From assembly GCA_963692915.1 (NCBI GenBank), contig OY843584.1:800001-864000 (forward strand): DNA of 64,000 nucleotides. Direction: 5' to 3'. The translations under genes and the position numbers were made by a program. The DNA comes from Cenarchaeum sp. GTDB taxonomy: Archaea; Thermoproteota; Nitrososphaeria; Nitrososphaerales; Nitrosopumilaceae. Below the pieces are notes generated by a model. It was not told where the DNA came from and ran no database searches. It was given only the letters and a program-made list of their open reading frames with translations. Below, piece by piece: positions 40,457 to 49,868 of the stretch; the stretch's first letter is position 1, and each line of letters starts with the position of its first letter.

Positions 40457-40738
40457 TCAGGCCGTGCGCTTTATGATGTGGTATCCATACTCGGTCTTTA
40501 CGGGCGCCGAGGTCTCGCCCGGTGTTAGCGTAAAGGCAATCTCCTCAAAGGGCTTTACCATCTTGCCTCGCGCAAAATAGCCGAGGTTGCCGTCGCGCTT
40601 TGCGCTTCCCGTGTCAAGGGACGCCTCGCGCGCCAGGCGGCCAAACTTCTCGCCTGACTCTAGGCGCTCGAGGATTGTGATTGCTTCGCCGTGCTTTTTG
40701 ACGAGTATGTGCGAGCACTTTATCTTGGCTGCTGCCAT
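40457..40738 (-). CDS. parvulin-type peptidyl-prolyl isomerase
   Basis: HILVK, G.LG.F..G.MVKPFE, YGYHII. Confidence 0.93.
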   Translation of the reverse strand: MAAAKIKCSHILVKKHGEAITILERLESGEKFGRLAREASLDTGSAKRDGNLGYFARGKMVKPFEEIAFTLTPGETSAPVKTEYGYHIIKRTA

Positions 40739-40910
40739 GGTGCACATGGGCGGATAAAGGGTAAAAAACTGTTTTGGGCGCCCACAGGAGTGGGAAGGTC
40801 AGGGCCGCGCCGCGCAGTGCGGCGATGGCACATGGCGTGTTCGAGCGGCGCCTGCTGCCGATCATAATCATGCCAAAGTTGGGCAACGTGCAGCCACAAT
40901 GCGCGATCCA

Positions 40911-41303
40911 CTACATGGGCAGGAAGGGCAGGACAAACAGAGAGAGCGCAACCATGGCTCCCGCACCGGCAAGCACAAGTCCGGACAGGAGGCTCAGCTG
41001 TGCCATGTGCGCCCTGGCCCCAATCCTGGCCATGTCCTGCTCGCGGCTGGACAGCGCCAGAAAACATGACCTGATTAGCATCACGTATCTCTTGTGATCT
41101 GACATTTTTATCAGTGTGTCTAGCATACCGTCATCCACCTTGCCGCCTTTTACCAAGTTTTCAGACGATATGGGCTGGTATATGTATGACACAGATAGCG
41201 CCCGTGCAGAAAAGATCATCGATATCATCGCCCCTGCAAGTCCGGCCATGCCGAGCATTATTGTGGCCGCTATTGCCTGAACTGGCAGCATTTGAGGATC
41301 AAC
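40911..41303 (-). pseudogene. 5'-deleted, frameshifted paralog of membrane protein 20019-20594
   Basis: QAI.ATMILGMAGLAGAMISMIFS...GAMVALS shared; the conserved GGAGGCGCATAGTTG start is now out of frame and about 60 codons are missing. Confidence 0.65.
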
Positions 41304-41338
41304 TATGCGCCTCCGTGATGTCACTTGTGGGTATTGCC

Positions 41339-41443
41339 TCAAACGGCGCGCACATAGCCGCCAATCTCCAAGAGCTCTGGCTTTTTCTTTCTCTCCTTTG
41401 GCTCGGCTGCCTTGGCCTTACCATCAGACTTGTCCTTGCTCAT
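41339..41443 (-). CDS. 34-aa peptide, paralog of 19878-19982
   Basis: MSKDKSDGKAKAAEPKERKKKPELLEIGGYVRAV; TATA atatttataa upstream. Confidence 0.6.
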   Translation of the reverse strand: MSKDKSDGKAKAAEPKERKKKPELLEIGGYVRAV

Positions 41444-41677
41444 CAGATGGCCGGAGACTCGCCGTCGTTATAAATATTCCAAAGTCATGCGCGAATGAGG
41501 TCAGCACCTCTCCGCCCATTTGGACAAATGGGCGCGATCTCGCCCAATCCATTTACCGCTGCGGCGCCTGCCTGGGCATGAGCGGTGGCGGTGCTGAGCT
41601 CGTAATGTGCCAGTGCCGGCAAGGCGTAGACAGCAATGCTGGTGCCACGCGTGGCGAGGTTAGCCCTCGTCATCTGA

Positions 41678-42016
41678 CATGTAGGGATAGAGCCTGGCGA
41701 ACTCGAGCTCGGCGGCGGGGCGCCCCACGTTGCCGGGATCGGGCGCGAGGAGCGCCTGAGCAACCGCGGCGAGTGGCTGCGGGACAGCGGCTACGGCCGG
41801 AGTCCGTCAGGAGAGACGGCGTTCTCCACGATCAAGCTGGTGTTCCGCGACCACGTGAGGGCGCTGAACTGGGGCCAGGTGGTCCGCGAGGTGGCATTCA
41901 TGGCGTACGCGTACAACCGGCTGATCGACATGGCGGGCGGTCCGGGGTGAGCCGCGGGGGGCGCGGCCTGGGGCGCCATGCGTGGCACGCGCGGTCACCG
42001 GTTATGAAACAACGCC
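41678..42016 (+). mobile_element. IS5-family (IS903-like) transposase C-terminal remnant with right terminal repeat
   Basis: Frame ending 41950: EWLRDSGYGRSPSGETAFSTIKLVFRDHVRALNW..VREV...YN (Y..R...E..FS..K-type DDE C-terminus); 42002-42016 reverse-complements to GGCGTTGTTTCATAA, resembling IS903-type ends. Confidence 0.7.
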
Positions 42017-42097
42017 GTACACGATACCCTGCCATACCACCTTGAGGCATAAGAAACCTCATGGCATCATGGAACAGGCCAGTCATGCGCGTTCCCG

Positions 42098-43078
42098 TCA
42101 CCCAACCCTGCGTATTCTCTCAGAGCGCTGACCGGGAATGTCAATCACGTACCTTCCGGCGCCGAGCTGCTCAAACCACTCATAGAGAACCTGCACGTTT
42201 CCCGTGAGATCCCGCCGGCTAGGAACCGGCACGTCAGTGCAGTTGTCCTGTATCCACTCCTTTACACGTCCAAAATACGTCTCTGGGTCTATGAATGAGT
42301 CCATCTTTTGCACAAACGGGTGCGCAAAGAATCGTGATGCCAGCTGTGCGCGAAACTCTGCCTCTGACAGGCCCCGCTCTATCCCATAGTTTGCCAGGTC
42401 ATGAAACACACAGGCGGCTATCTCGTCGTTATCAGACGGTTCTAGTCCCTGCTCCATCCTAGTGTATCCGGACACGAGGTCATCAACTATTTCAGTCATC
42501 GGCAGTGCCGATATCAGAAACTTGTCCGGCTGTACACTCACAAGCGAGTCAAGCTCATCCTCTGTCTTTGGTGGCTGCGGCTGTTGCTTGACCCATTTAG
42601 AAAGAGTGCCATACATGTCATCGTCCACAAGCCGTGACTCGCAACGTATGCGCTCAAAGTACACACGGTCATCCGGTGACGCCTCTTTTACAAGCACGCC
42701 CATCTCATGGTTGCCGCCCTTGTGCATTCCCCTGTGCGACATGTTTCCCGTGCAGAGCACATAGTGGCGCAGTCCGGCCGAGACCACCTTTAGGTGGATT
42801 TTAGAGTTCACGTAGAGCCTGATGTCCTGCTCCTTGCAGTACGGGTACAGGGACAGCTCGGATGAGCCTGACACGAGATCCCTAGTGTCCCACGTCGTGA
42901 TGATCACCACCTTGGAGTCGATGCCGTCTAGGAGCTCCCTGAGCACGTCTGTCCGGATATAGGGGACGATGATGTGGATCGTCTCGCCGCTGCGCGAGTG
43001 CTCCTCGATATAGGCCCTGACGGGCGCATAGAGGGGGCTCTGAAACGTGGGCTGCTCGTCGGCCAATCCGGCGCGCAC
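42098..43078 (-). CDS. phospholipase D-family (HKD-type) putative nuclease
   Basis: PYI..., IHLK....(x)TGNMSHRG....NHE resembles the HxK...GSxN...N.E motif; start uncertain. Confidence 0.7.
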   Translation of the reverse strand: MRAGLADEQPTFQSPLYAPVRAYIEEHSRSGETIHIIVPYIRTDVLRELLDGIDSKVVIITTWDTRDLVSGSSELSLYPYCKEQDIRLYVNSKIHLKVVSAGLRHYVLCTGNMSHRGMHKGGNHEMGVLVKEASPDDRVYFERIRCESRLVDDDMYGTLSKWVKQQPQPPKTEDELDSLVSVQPDKFLISALPMTEIVDDLVSGYTRMEQGLEPSDNDEIAACVFHDLANYGIERGLSEAEFRAQLASRFFAHPFVQKMDSFIDPETYFGRVKEWIQDNCTDVPVPSRRDLTGNVQVLYEWFEQLGAGRYVIDIPGQRSERIRRVG

Positions 43079-43376
43079 GCGCGGGGTTCCCGTATATCAC
43101 TGGGCGGACGGCAGGCGACCCTTTTCCATGGTGTCTGCAGGCGATCAGGCCACATGGCCTGTTTTGCCCCAAATCTGCCCCAATATCCTAGACCATGATG
43201 AGGCGCGTTCCTAGCGGCAGTCCTGAGCGGTTCGACAAGACCTCAAGACAGACCTTCAGGCACGACGCAAGGAAATCAGGTTAAAGAGCACCAGCCGCAG
43301 GTTAACTGTGGCTCAACCCAAATTAATTTAAACTCCCAACACCTCGCCGGGGCATGGCAAGGCCGGAGTTGATCGC

Positions 43377-44232
43377 ATGACGCGTCACGTGTGTGGCATA
43401 TCAGGCGGCAAGGACTCTAGCGCTCTGGCCGTCTACATGAGGGACAAGGTTCCGGACATGGAGTATTTCTTTTGTGACACTGGGGCAGAGCTGCCCGAGA
43501 CATATGCATACATCTCAAAGCTAGAGGTCGTCCTGGGCAAAAAGATCGCACGCCTCAACTCTAGTCGTGGGTTTGACCACTATTTCGAGGTCTTCAAGGG
43601 GTGCCTGCCGTCCCCGCAGATGAGATGGTGCACAAAGCTCCTAAAGATAAAGCCGCTAGAGGAGTGGCTCGGCGATGACGAGTCCGTGTCATATGTCGCA
43701 ATACGCGCTGATGAAAAGAACCGCAAGGGGCACGTCTCATCACGCCCAAACATAACAACACAGTACCCGTTCATTGACGATGACATTGACCTCGAGGGCG
43801 TAAACCGCATACTTGACGAGGCAGGCATTGGCCTGCCCGACTATTACAAGTGGCGCACGCGCTCTGGATGCTACTTTTGCTTTTTCCAGCGAAAGGCCGA
43901 GTGGGTTGGTCTTGCCCAAAACCACCCAGAACTCTTCAAGCAGGCCGTCGCCATCGAGAACAAGGTCCTAAAGGACGCCGGGGCCGGCGGTGACGCGTCA
44001 TTTGCGGATCACGCAATGGAGGGCAGGCAGTACACGTGGTCACAGGGCGAGACGCTCATACAGCTAGTTGGCCGAAAGGACCAAATCCTCGCAAGGCATA
44101 AAATGGCAATAGAGAGAGAGAGAGAGAGAGAGAGCTAATTCGCGCCTAAAAAACCTTCCGCTTGTTGACGTTTTAGCCGGGGCACTAGACGAAGAGGAGG
44201 ACACAAAGGCGTGTACCATGTGCCATTTGTGA
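43377..44232 (+). CDS. sspD: PAPS-reductase family SspD/DndC-like protein, frameshifted at (AG)12 (current frame stops at 44138)
   Basis: ISGGKDS, DTG.ELPETY, RWCT..LK, RSGCYFCF; +1 frame continues ANSRLKNLPLVDVLAGALDEEEDTKACTMCHL to TGA 44232. Confidence 0.8.
44111..44134. repeat. (AG)12 dinucleotide microsatellite within CDS
   Basis: Read directly from the sequence. Confidence 0.97.
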
Positions 44233-44241
44233 GGGAATGCC

Positions 44242-45852
44242 ATGAACTTTGAGAATATCTTTGCGAGAATCAGTCCAGAAACACTCTGTAATGACTTTCT
44301 TGGAAAAATAACTGTCCAACTTTTAGAAGCGAGAGAGCCAGACATACTCCAAAGAGCCGGCAAGCTGCATAAAGCAACATTAGAGTTAATCACACCATAT
44401 GAAATGCTAACAAACAAAAAGCTACGAAAGAAGATAACCAGTGTGTTGCTGAAAACTGATGCGGAAAAACTAGCACATAGCTTAAACATAAAAATTCAAG
44501 ACGTGTACAAAGACCTTGAACGTACGCAGATTAACAAAGGGACAAAATCAGAAGAGAGCCTATTAAGATTTTTTGAAATAGACATACCAGAGATAGAGAC
44601 TGTTGCAACACGCCCTGATTCTGAAAAGATTGAACCAAGTGTGGGATTATTTGAACATCAACGCCAAGTGGTTAGAGATGCCATGCAAAATCTAGAGTCC
44701 GAACCGCACAGAACTATAATTCACATGCCCACCGGTGCCGGTAAAACGAGAATAGCAATGAGGATCATAACACACCACTTGCTCAAAAATGAACCAGTAT
44801 TTGTTATATGGTTAGCATATAGCGAAGAATTGTGTGAACAGGCGATAGATGAATTTAACAAAAATTGGAGATCTGTAGGCAACAGAATTGTTAACGTGCA
44901 TAGATTTTTCGGGAAATATACCATGAAATTAACAGATAAAACACCATATGACGGGTTGCTTGTTGCTAGCTTGAGCAAAATGTACAAGGCAGACACTAAA
45001 GCTGATAATGACGTATTTTTGTCAAAATTAGCAGACAAGGCCACGCTGGTTGTCATGGATGAAGCTCACCAAGCAGTTGCAGAAACATATAGTTATGTTC
45101 TAGAACAGCTAGTAGAAAAACACGATGGTCGGTTATTGGTAGGATTGACAGCAACGCCCGGACGTACATGGAATGATCCAAGTGTTGACAAAAAACTGTC
45201 AGATTTTTTTGGGCACAAAAAAGCCACACTAAATAAGAAAAATCCCATAGAGTTTTTAATCAATGAAGGATATTTAGCAGATACAAAAATTGAATCTTTG
45301 GATTACGATAAAATAGACTACACCAACAAAGAAAAGAGTGACATCATGTCAGATCTAGACATTCCAAAATATATATTAGAAAAGCTAGCAAAAGATGTGC
45401 AACGCAGTTTGATCATTTTACAAAAAATTCGAGAGCTTATCAGAGAAGGCCACTTAAGAATAATTATTTTTGCGTCAACTGTGGAACATGCGAAAGCACT
45501 AACCATTGCATTAAAAACAAAAAAGATCAACGCACAGTGCATAACATCAGAAACGCCATCAGCTATACGCAACATAGAAATCAACAAATTCAAAGAAAAT
45601 AGCAATAAACCTATGGTGTTATGTAATTACGGGGTATTGACAACAGGGTTTGATGCACCAAAAACATCAGCAGCCATCATCGCGCGTCCAACAAAATCAT
45701 TAGTCTTGTACAGTCAAATGGCCGGAAGAGCAATGCGCGGGCCAAAAGCTGGCGGAAATAAAAAGGCCAAGATAATAAGCGTGGTAGACAGCAATTTGCC
45801 AGGGTTTGATGATTTTGGAAAGGCATTTCTAAACTGGGAGGACATATGGTAA
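44242..45852 (+). CDS. SF2 DEAH-box helicase (Res/YejH-like), AT-rich
   Basis: HQ, MPTGAGKT, MDEAH, TATP, LTTGFDAP, QMAGRAMR. Confidence 0.9.
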   Translation: MNFENIFARISPETLCNDFLGKITVQLLEAREPDILQRAGKLHKATLELITPYEMLTNKKLRKKITSVLLKTDAEKLAHSLNIKIQDVYKDLERTQINKGTKSEESLLRFFEIDIPEIETVATRPDSEKIEPSVGLFEHQRQVVRDAMQNLESEPHRTIIHMPTGAGKTRIAMRIITHHLLKNEPVFVIWLAYSEELCEQAIDEFNKNWRSVGNRIVNVHRFFGKYTMKLTDKTPYDGLLVASLSKMYKADTKADNDVFLSKLADKATLVVMDEAHQAVAETYSYVLEQLVEKHDGRLLVGLTATPGRTWNDPSVDKKLSDFFGHKKATLNKKNPIEFLINEGYLADTKIESLDYDKIDYTNKEKSDIMSDLDIPKYILEKLAKDVQRSLIILQKIRELIREGHLRIIIFASTVEHAKALTIALKTKKINAQCITSETPSAIRNIEINKFKENSNKPMVLCNYGVLTTGFDAPKTSAAIIARPTKSLVLYSQMAGRAMRGPKAGGNKKAKIISVVDSNLPGFDDFGKAFLNWEDIW

Positions 45853-47609
45853 TGACTCAAAGAAGAAAACCAATGATACCACACAGAAAAGCAATGACGG
45901 CGTTACGTGACATAGGATATAAAAATACCACGTATGCCATTGCAGAATTAATCGATAATTCAATCCAAGCAGGCGCAAAAAATATTGAGCTGCTTTGCTG
46001 TGATCGAGTGATACCCGTCAACAAACGAGAACGAAGGACAATACACCAGATTGCCGTTGCTGATGATGGCTGTGGCATGAACGAACAAGTACTAGAAAAC
46101 TCATTGCAATATGGAAATGGCACAAGATTAGAAGATCGTAGTGGTATTGGCAGGTGGGGCGTAGGGCTACTAAATTCTTCAATATCACAGGGCAAATTAG
46201 TGGAAGTGTACACATGGAAAGACGGCAATGATCCACTATATTCATATGCTGCAGTTGAAGATGATGAGGAAGATGTACCAGTTCCCAAACAAAGTGAGAT
46301 TGATAAACGTTGGAAGAAGTTTTCTGAATGTGTAAAACGACCATCTGGTACATTGGTTGTATGGTCACAGCTCGACAGATGTAGATGGAGAAAATCTAAA
46401 ACAATAATTGATAGATCAGAGCACACAATTGGAAGAATATATAGAAATCTCATTGCGGCGAAAAAAATAAACATTAGTGCAATTTCGTTCACCGATGAAT
46501 TAGAAGAGTATGAAAAACGAGATATAATTATCAATGATCCATGTTATCTCAAAGTCCCTTCATCAACTCCAAAACCATACGACAAAGAAGCCATGTTTGT
46601 GCCAGACGGAGACGGCGATCTAATTGAAACAGTAACTAAAGATGAACAGGAGCATCAGATCAGGGTCAAGTTTTCTCTAGCAAAAGCAAAAGCACGTAGC
46701 GGAATCAAAAAGGTAGACGGTGGTGATGAAGAGTGGGGGCGTCACGCTGCAAATAATGTGGGAATTTCTTTAATGCGAAGTGAACGAGAGTTAGAATTGA
46801 CAACTGCTCTTAACACAAATGATACAAGAGAGCGATGGTGGGGAGTTGAAGTATCATTTTCCCCAACATTGGATGAAATGTTTGGGGTCACAAACAATAA
46901 ACAGAGCGCAACAAATTTTGTAGAATTAGCGACAGCAGTACGGGCAAAAAAACGTTCAAGCAAGGAAGAGGAAGAAGATAGTGATGATAAAGAATTGTTA
47001 CGAATTATTGAAAAAATACAAAAAAGATTAAATCTGATTCGTAAAAAAATACATAACCAAAAAATAGATGCTAGATCAAAAGACCGATATGTGAAAATAT
47101 CCGAGGACATAGGCACTGACGCCATAAAGAAACGTCAAATGGATGAACATGTGGGAGCGAGTGACAAAGGCGAAGAAGGCACCCCAGAAGAACGTGTTGC
47201 CGGACTAACCAAAGCCTTAGAAGAACAGATGTCAAAAGAAGAAGCAGCTGTTGAGGCCAAAAACATAATTTCAAAAAATTCAAAATGTAAGATCATGCCA
47301 AGTCCACTTTCTGGATCTATGTTATTTGACATACAAAGAAGTAATGGAGTATTAATTGTAAAAATAAATCAAAATCATCCAGCATACAATAATTTAATTG
47401 AAGTCGTAAGAGATGTCCCTGACAGCACTAATGACATAGAAGAATTAAAAAGTAGGCTTCAAAGAGCCAATAATGGACTAGAGCTGCTGTTGCTATCATG
47501 GTCCAGATTTGAAGATGAAGAGACGGATATGGACAAACTTCGAGAAATGCAAGATATTAGAATGGAGTGGGGAAAATTTATTGCTGAATTTTTGGAGCAA
47601 AACAAGTAG
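45846..47609 (+). CDS. MORC-like GHKL ATPase, AT-rich
   Basis: GY......AELIDNSIQA, DDGCGM, GRWGVGL, SGTLVVW GHKL motifs; coiled-coil C-terminus. Confidence 0.85.
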   Translation: MVMTQRRKPMIPHRKAMTALRDIGYKNTTYAIAELIDNSIQAGAKNIELLCCDRVIPVNKRERRTIHQIAVADDGCGMNEQVLENSLQYGNGTRLEDRSGIGRWGVGLLNSSISQGKLVEVYTWKDGNDPLYSYAAVEDDEEDVPVPKQSEIDKRWKKFSECVKRPSGTLVVWSQLDRCRWRKSKTIIDRSEHTIGRIYRNLIAAKKINISAISFTDELEEYEKRDIIINDPCYLKVPSSTPKPYDKEAMFVPDGDGDLIETVTKDEQEHQIRVKFSLAKAKARSGIKKVDGGDEEWGRHAANNVGISLMRSERELELTTALNTNDTRERWWGVEVSFSPTLDEMFGVTNNKQSATNFVELATAVRAKKRSSKEEEEDSDDKELLRIIEKIQKRLNLIRKKIHNQKIDARSKDRYVKISEDIGTDAIKKRQMDEHVGASDKGEEGTPEERVAGLTKALEEQMSKEEAAVEAKNIISKNSKCKIMPSPLSGSMLFDIQRSNGVLIVKINQNHPAYNNLIEVVRDVPDSTNDIEELKSRLQRANNGLELLLLSWSRFEDEETDMDKLREMQDIRMEWGKFIAEFLEQNK

Positions 47610-47611
47610 AC

Positions 47612-48880
47612 ATGAAAAACCCAAACACAGCATCGATCACCTACCTAGACTACAACTCCACAACTCCCATGGATGACAGAATTATCAAAGAGTTGAACCC
47701 CCTGTTTAGCACATGGTTTGGCAACCCCTCAAGCGAACACCATGGCTATGGCAGGGATGCCGAGGCCAGAGTAGAGCACGCAAGAGCGCAGGTCGCAGAG
47801 CTTGCCGGAATGCATCCCCCCGATGTCATATTCACGTCGGGCGCAACAGAGGCAAACAACCTGGCGCTGCGCGGCATCGCAGAGGGCGCATGCAGGAGGG
47901 TGAGCGTGCTGGTGGGCGCGACAGAGCACAAGTCCGTGCTAGAGGCCGCCGACAGGCTAGGCGAGCTTGGACTCGCCACAGTATCCAGGGTTCCCGTCAA
48001 GCAGGACGGCACGATCAGCGCAGACACGCTGAAAGGCGCCATATCCGACAATGGTGCCGACATTGTCTCGATCATGGCGGCCAACAGCGAGACTGGCGTC
48101 ATTCACCCCACCGCAGAGCTCGCCGAGGTGACCCACACGGCAGGCGCCCTGTTCCACTGTGACGCGACGCAGGCGCTCGGGCGCGTGCCCTTTGATGCCA
48201 CAAGCCTCAGAGTCGACATGGTCTCAATGAGCGGCCACAAGATGTACGGGCCAAAGGGCACGGGTGCGCTCGTGGCCAGCAGGGACACCCGCAGGAGGCT
48301 AAAGGCGATCATCTGCGGCGGCGGGCAGGAGGGCGGCCTGCGCAGCGGAACGCTCAACGTGGCAGGCATTGTCGGGCTCGGCAGGGCGTGTGAGATCGCC
48401 TCAGGCGAGGGCATTGCCGACGGCTCCCGCCAGGCGGCCCTAAGGGACAGACTGGAGAGCCGGCTCGCATCACGGCTGGCCGGCGTGAGCGTGAACGGCC
48501 GGGGTGCGCCGCGCCTCCCAAACACGTCGAGTGTCAGGTTTGAGGGCGCCTCGGCATACGAGACTATCGCAAACGCGCCTGCACTAGCAGTGTCATCCGG
48601 CAGCGCGTGCTCGGCATCAACGATAGGGCCCTCACACGTCCTGGTCGCCATGGGCATGAGCCATGATGCGGCCGACGAGTCCGTCAGGTTCTCCATCGGG
48701 CGCCCCACAACAGAGGGCGACATTGACATTGCGACAGACTGCATTGTTGCTGCGGTGAGTCGAGTGAGGGATTTGACAATGGCGCACACGGCCAAAAATG
48801 TGCGCACAGGAGACATGATGGCCACCACGGGACACGGGCACAGTCACGCAAGCACTGGGGGAATTGCGCATGCGAGTTGA
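47612..48880 (+). CDS. sspA: cysteine desulfurase (SspA/DndA/IscS-like)
   Basis: YLDYNSTTP, FTSGATEANN, SGHKMYGPKG, SSGSACS. Confidence 0.88.
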   Translation: MKNPNTASITYLDYNSTTPMDDRIIKELNPLFSTWFGNPSSEHHGYGRDAEARVEHARAQVAELAGMHPPDVIFTSGATEANNLALRGIAEGACRRVSVLVGATEHKSVLEAADRLGELGLATVSRVPVKQDGTISADTLKGAISDNGADIVSIMAANSETGVIHPTAELAEVTHTAGALFHCDATQALGRVPFDATSLRVDMVSMSGHKMYGPKGTGALVASRDTRRRLKAIICGGGQEGGLRSGTLNVAGIVGLGRACEIASGEGIADGSRQAALRDRLESRLASRLAGVSVNGRGAPRLPNTSSVRFEGASAYETIANAPALAVSSGSACSASTIGPSHVLVAMGMSHDAADESVRFSIGRPTTEGDIDIATDCIVAAVSRVRDLTMAHTAKNVRTGDMMATTGHGHSHASTGGIAHAS

Positions 48881-49868
48881 GCAGGCGGTTCCAAGCCCCG
48901 GATTTGCGAGGCATGAGACATTCCATCTCCGGTTTGGCTGGCTCAAAAAATGCCATGACGCAGTGAAAAAGGACGCGCGCGTGTTTCAGCGCGAGGACGC
49001 GCTAGTCAGGCTCGGCGTGGGCAAGAACATGGTCAGGTCGATTCGCTTTTGGGGAATTGCCACAAAGGTGATCAGGCAGACAGTGGAGCCTGGAGAGTCA
49101 GGCAGGCGCGGCGGCCAAGAGGTCGAGGTCACCGACATGGGAAGGCGCATATTTGACGAGCGCCACGGATGGGATCCCTACCTAGAGAGGCCAGAGACGC
49201 TCTGGCTGCTCCATTGGCGCCTATATGCCCCACCCTCGTCGATCCCCGCGTGGTGGATACTCTTGAACGACCTCAACGCAGTCAGGATAAGGGCAGACGA
49301 GCTTTCAAGGCACGTGCTAGGCAAGGTGAGCATGGTCTCGACATGGGCAATTCCCAACGAGAGCTCGATCAAAAAGGACACCGACGTGTTTGTCCACACG
49401 TACGCCTCTAGGAGGGGGCATGTCGGTGACATTGAGGACTATATGGACTGCCCATTTAGGGCGCTGCGCATTCTGCGAGCCGACGCCTCGGCAAAGTCTG
49501 GCCTGCAGTTCGCCATTGGGAAAAAGCCCGGCATGAGCGCCGGCATTGTCGCCCACATATGCCTGGACTTTATGGCAAGGCGCGGGACGGGAGCGCGCAC
49601 GGTCTCGATAGGCTCCCTGGCCGGCGAGCCCGGCGGGCCGGGGCATGTCCTAAAGGTTGGCGAGGCCGAACTTGCCGAGCTCCTAGCAGAGGCCGCCGAG
49701 GAGCACGGCGGGATCATTGGCGTGCGTGATGTCAATGGCATGGCACACCTCTCGTTTCCAAAAAATGTCGGCGATGCCGCAGTCGAGATCCTGGATCGCA
49801 TGTACGCGCAAGACGGGCACAGGGCCAAAAGGCCGCGCGCGCTGGCCACGGCGAGGGGAAAGAGATGA
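48870..49868 (+). CDS. sspB: DUF4007 protein (SspB-like nickase)
   Basis: FARHETF.LR.GWLKK, LGVGKNMVRSIRFW, DPYLE...TLWLLHW. Confidence 0.85.
   Translation: MRVEQAVPSPGFARHETFHLRFGWLKKCHDAVKKDARVFQREDALVRLGVGKNMVRSIRFWGIATKVIRQTVEPGESGRRGGQEVEVTDMGRRIFDERHGWDPYLERPETLWLLHWRLYAPPSSIPAWWILLNDLNAVRIRADELSRHVLGKVSMVSTWAIPNESSIKKDTDVFVHTYASRRGHVGDIEDYMDCPFRALRILRADASAKSGLQFAIGKKPGMSAGIVAHICLDFMARRGTGARTVSIGSLAGEPGGPGHVLKVGEAELAELLAEAAEEHGGIIGVRDVNGMAHLSFPKNVGDAAVEILDRMYAQDGHRAKRPRALATARGKR

Noticed and set aside
43377-44232. Sulfate-assimilation cysH
   Set aside because: The context is DUF4007/ATPase/desulfurase, not sulfate metabolism.
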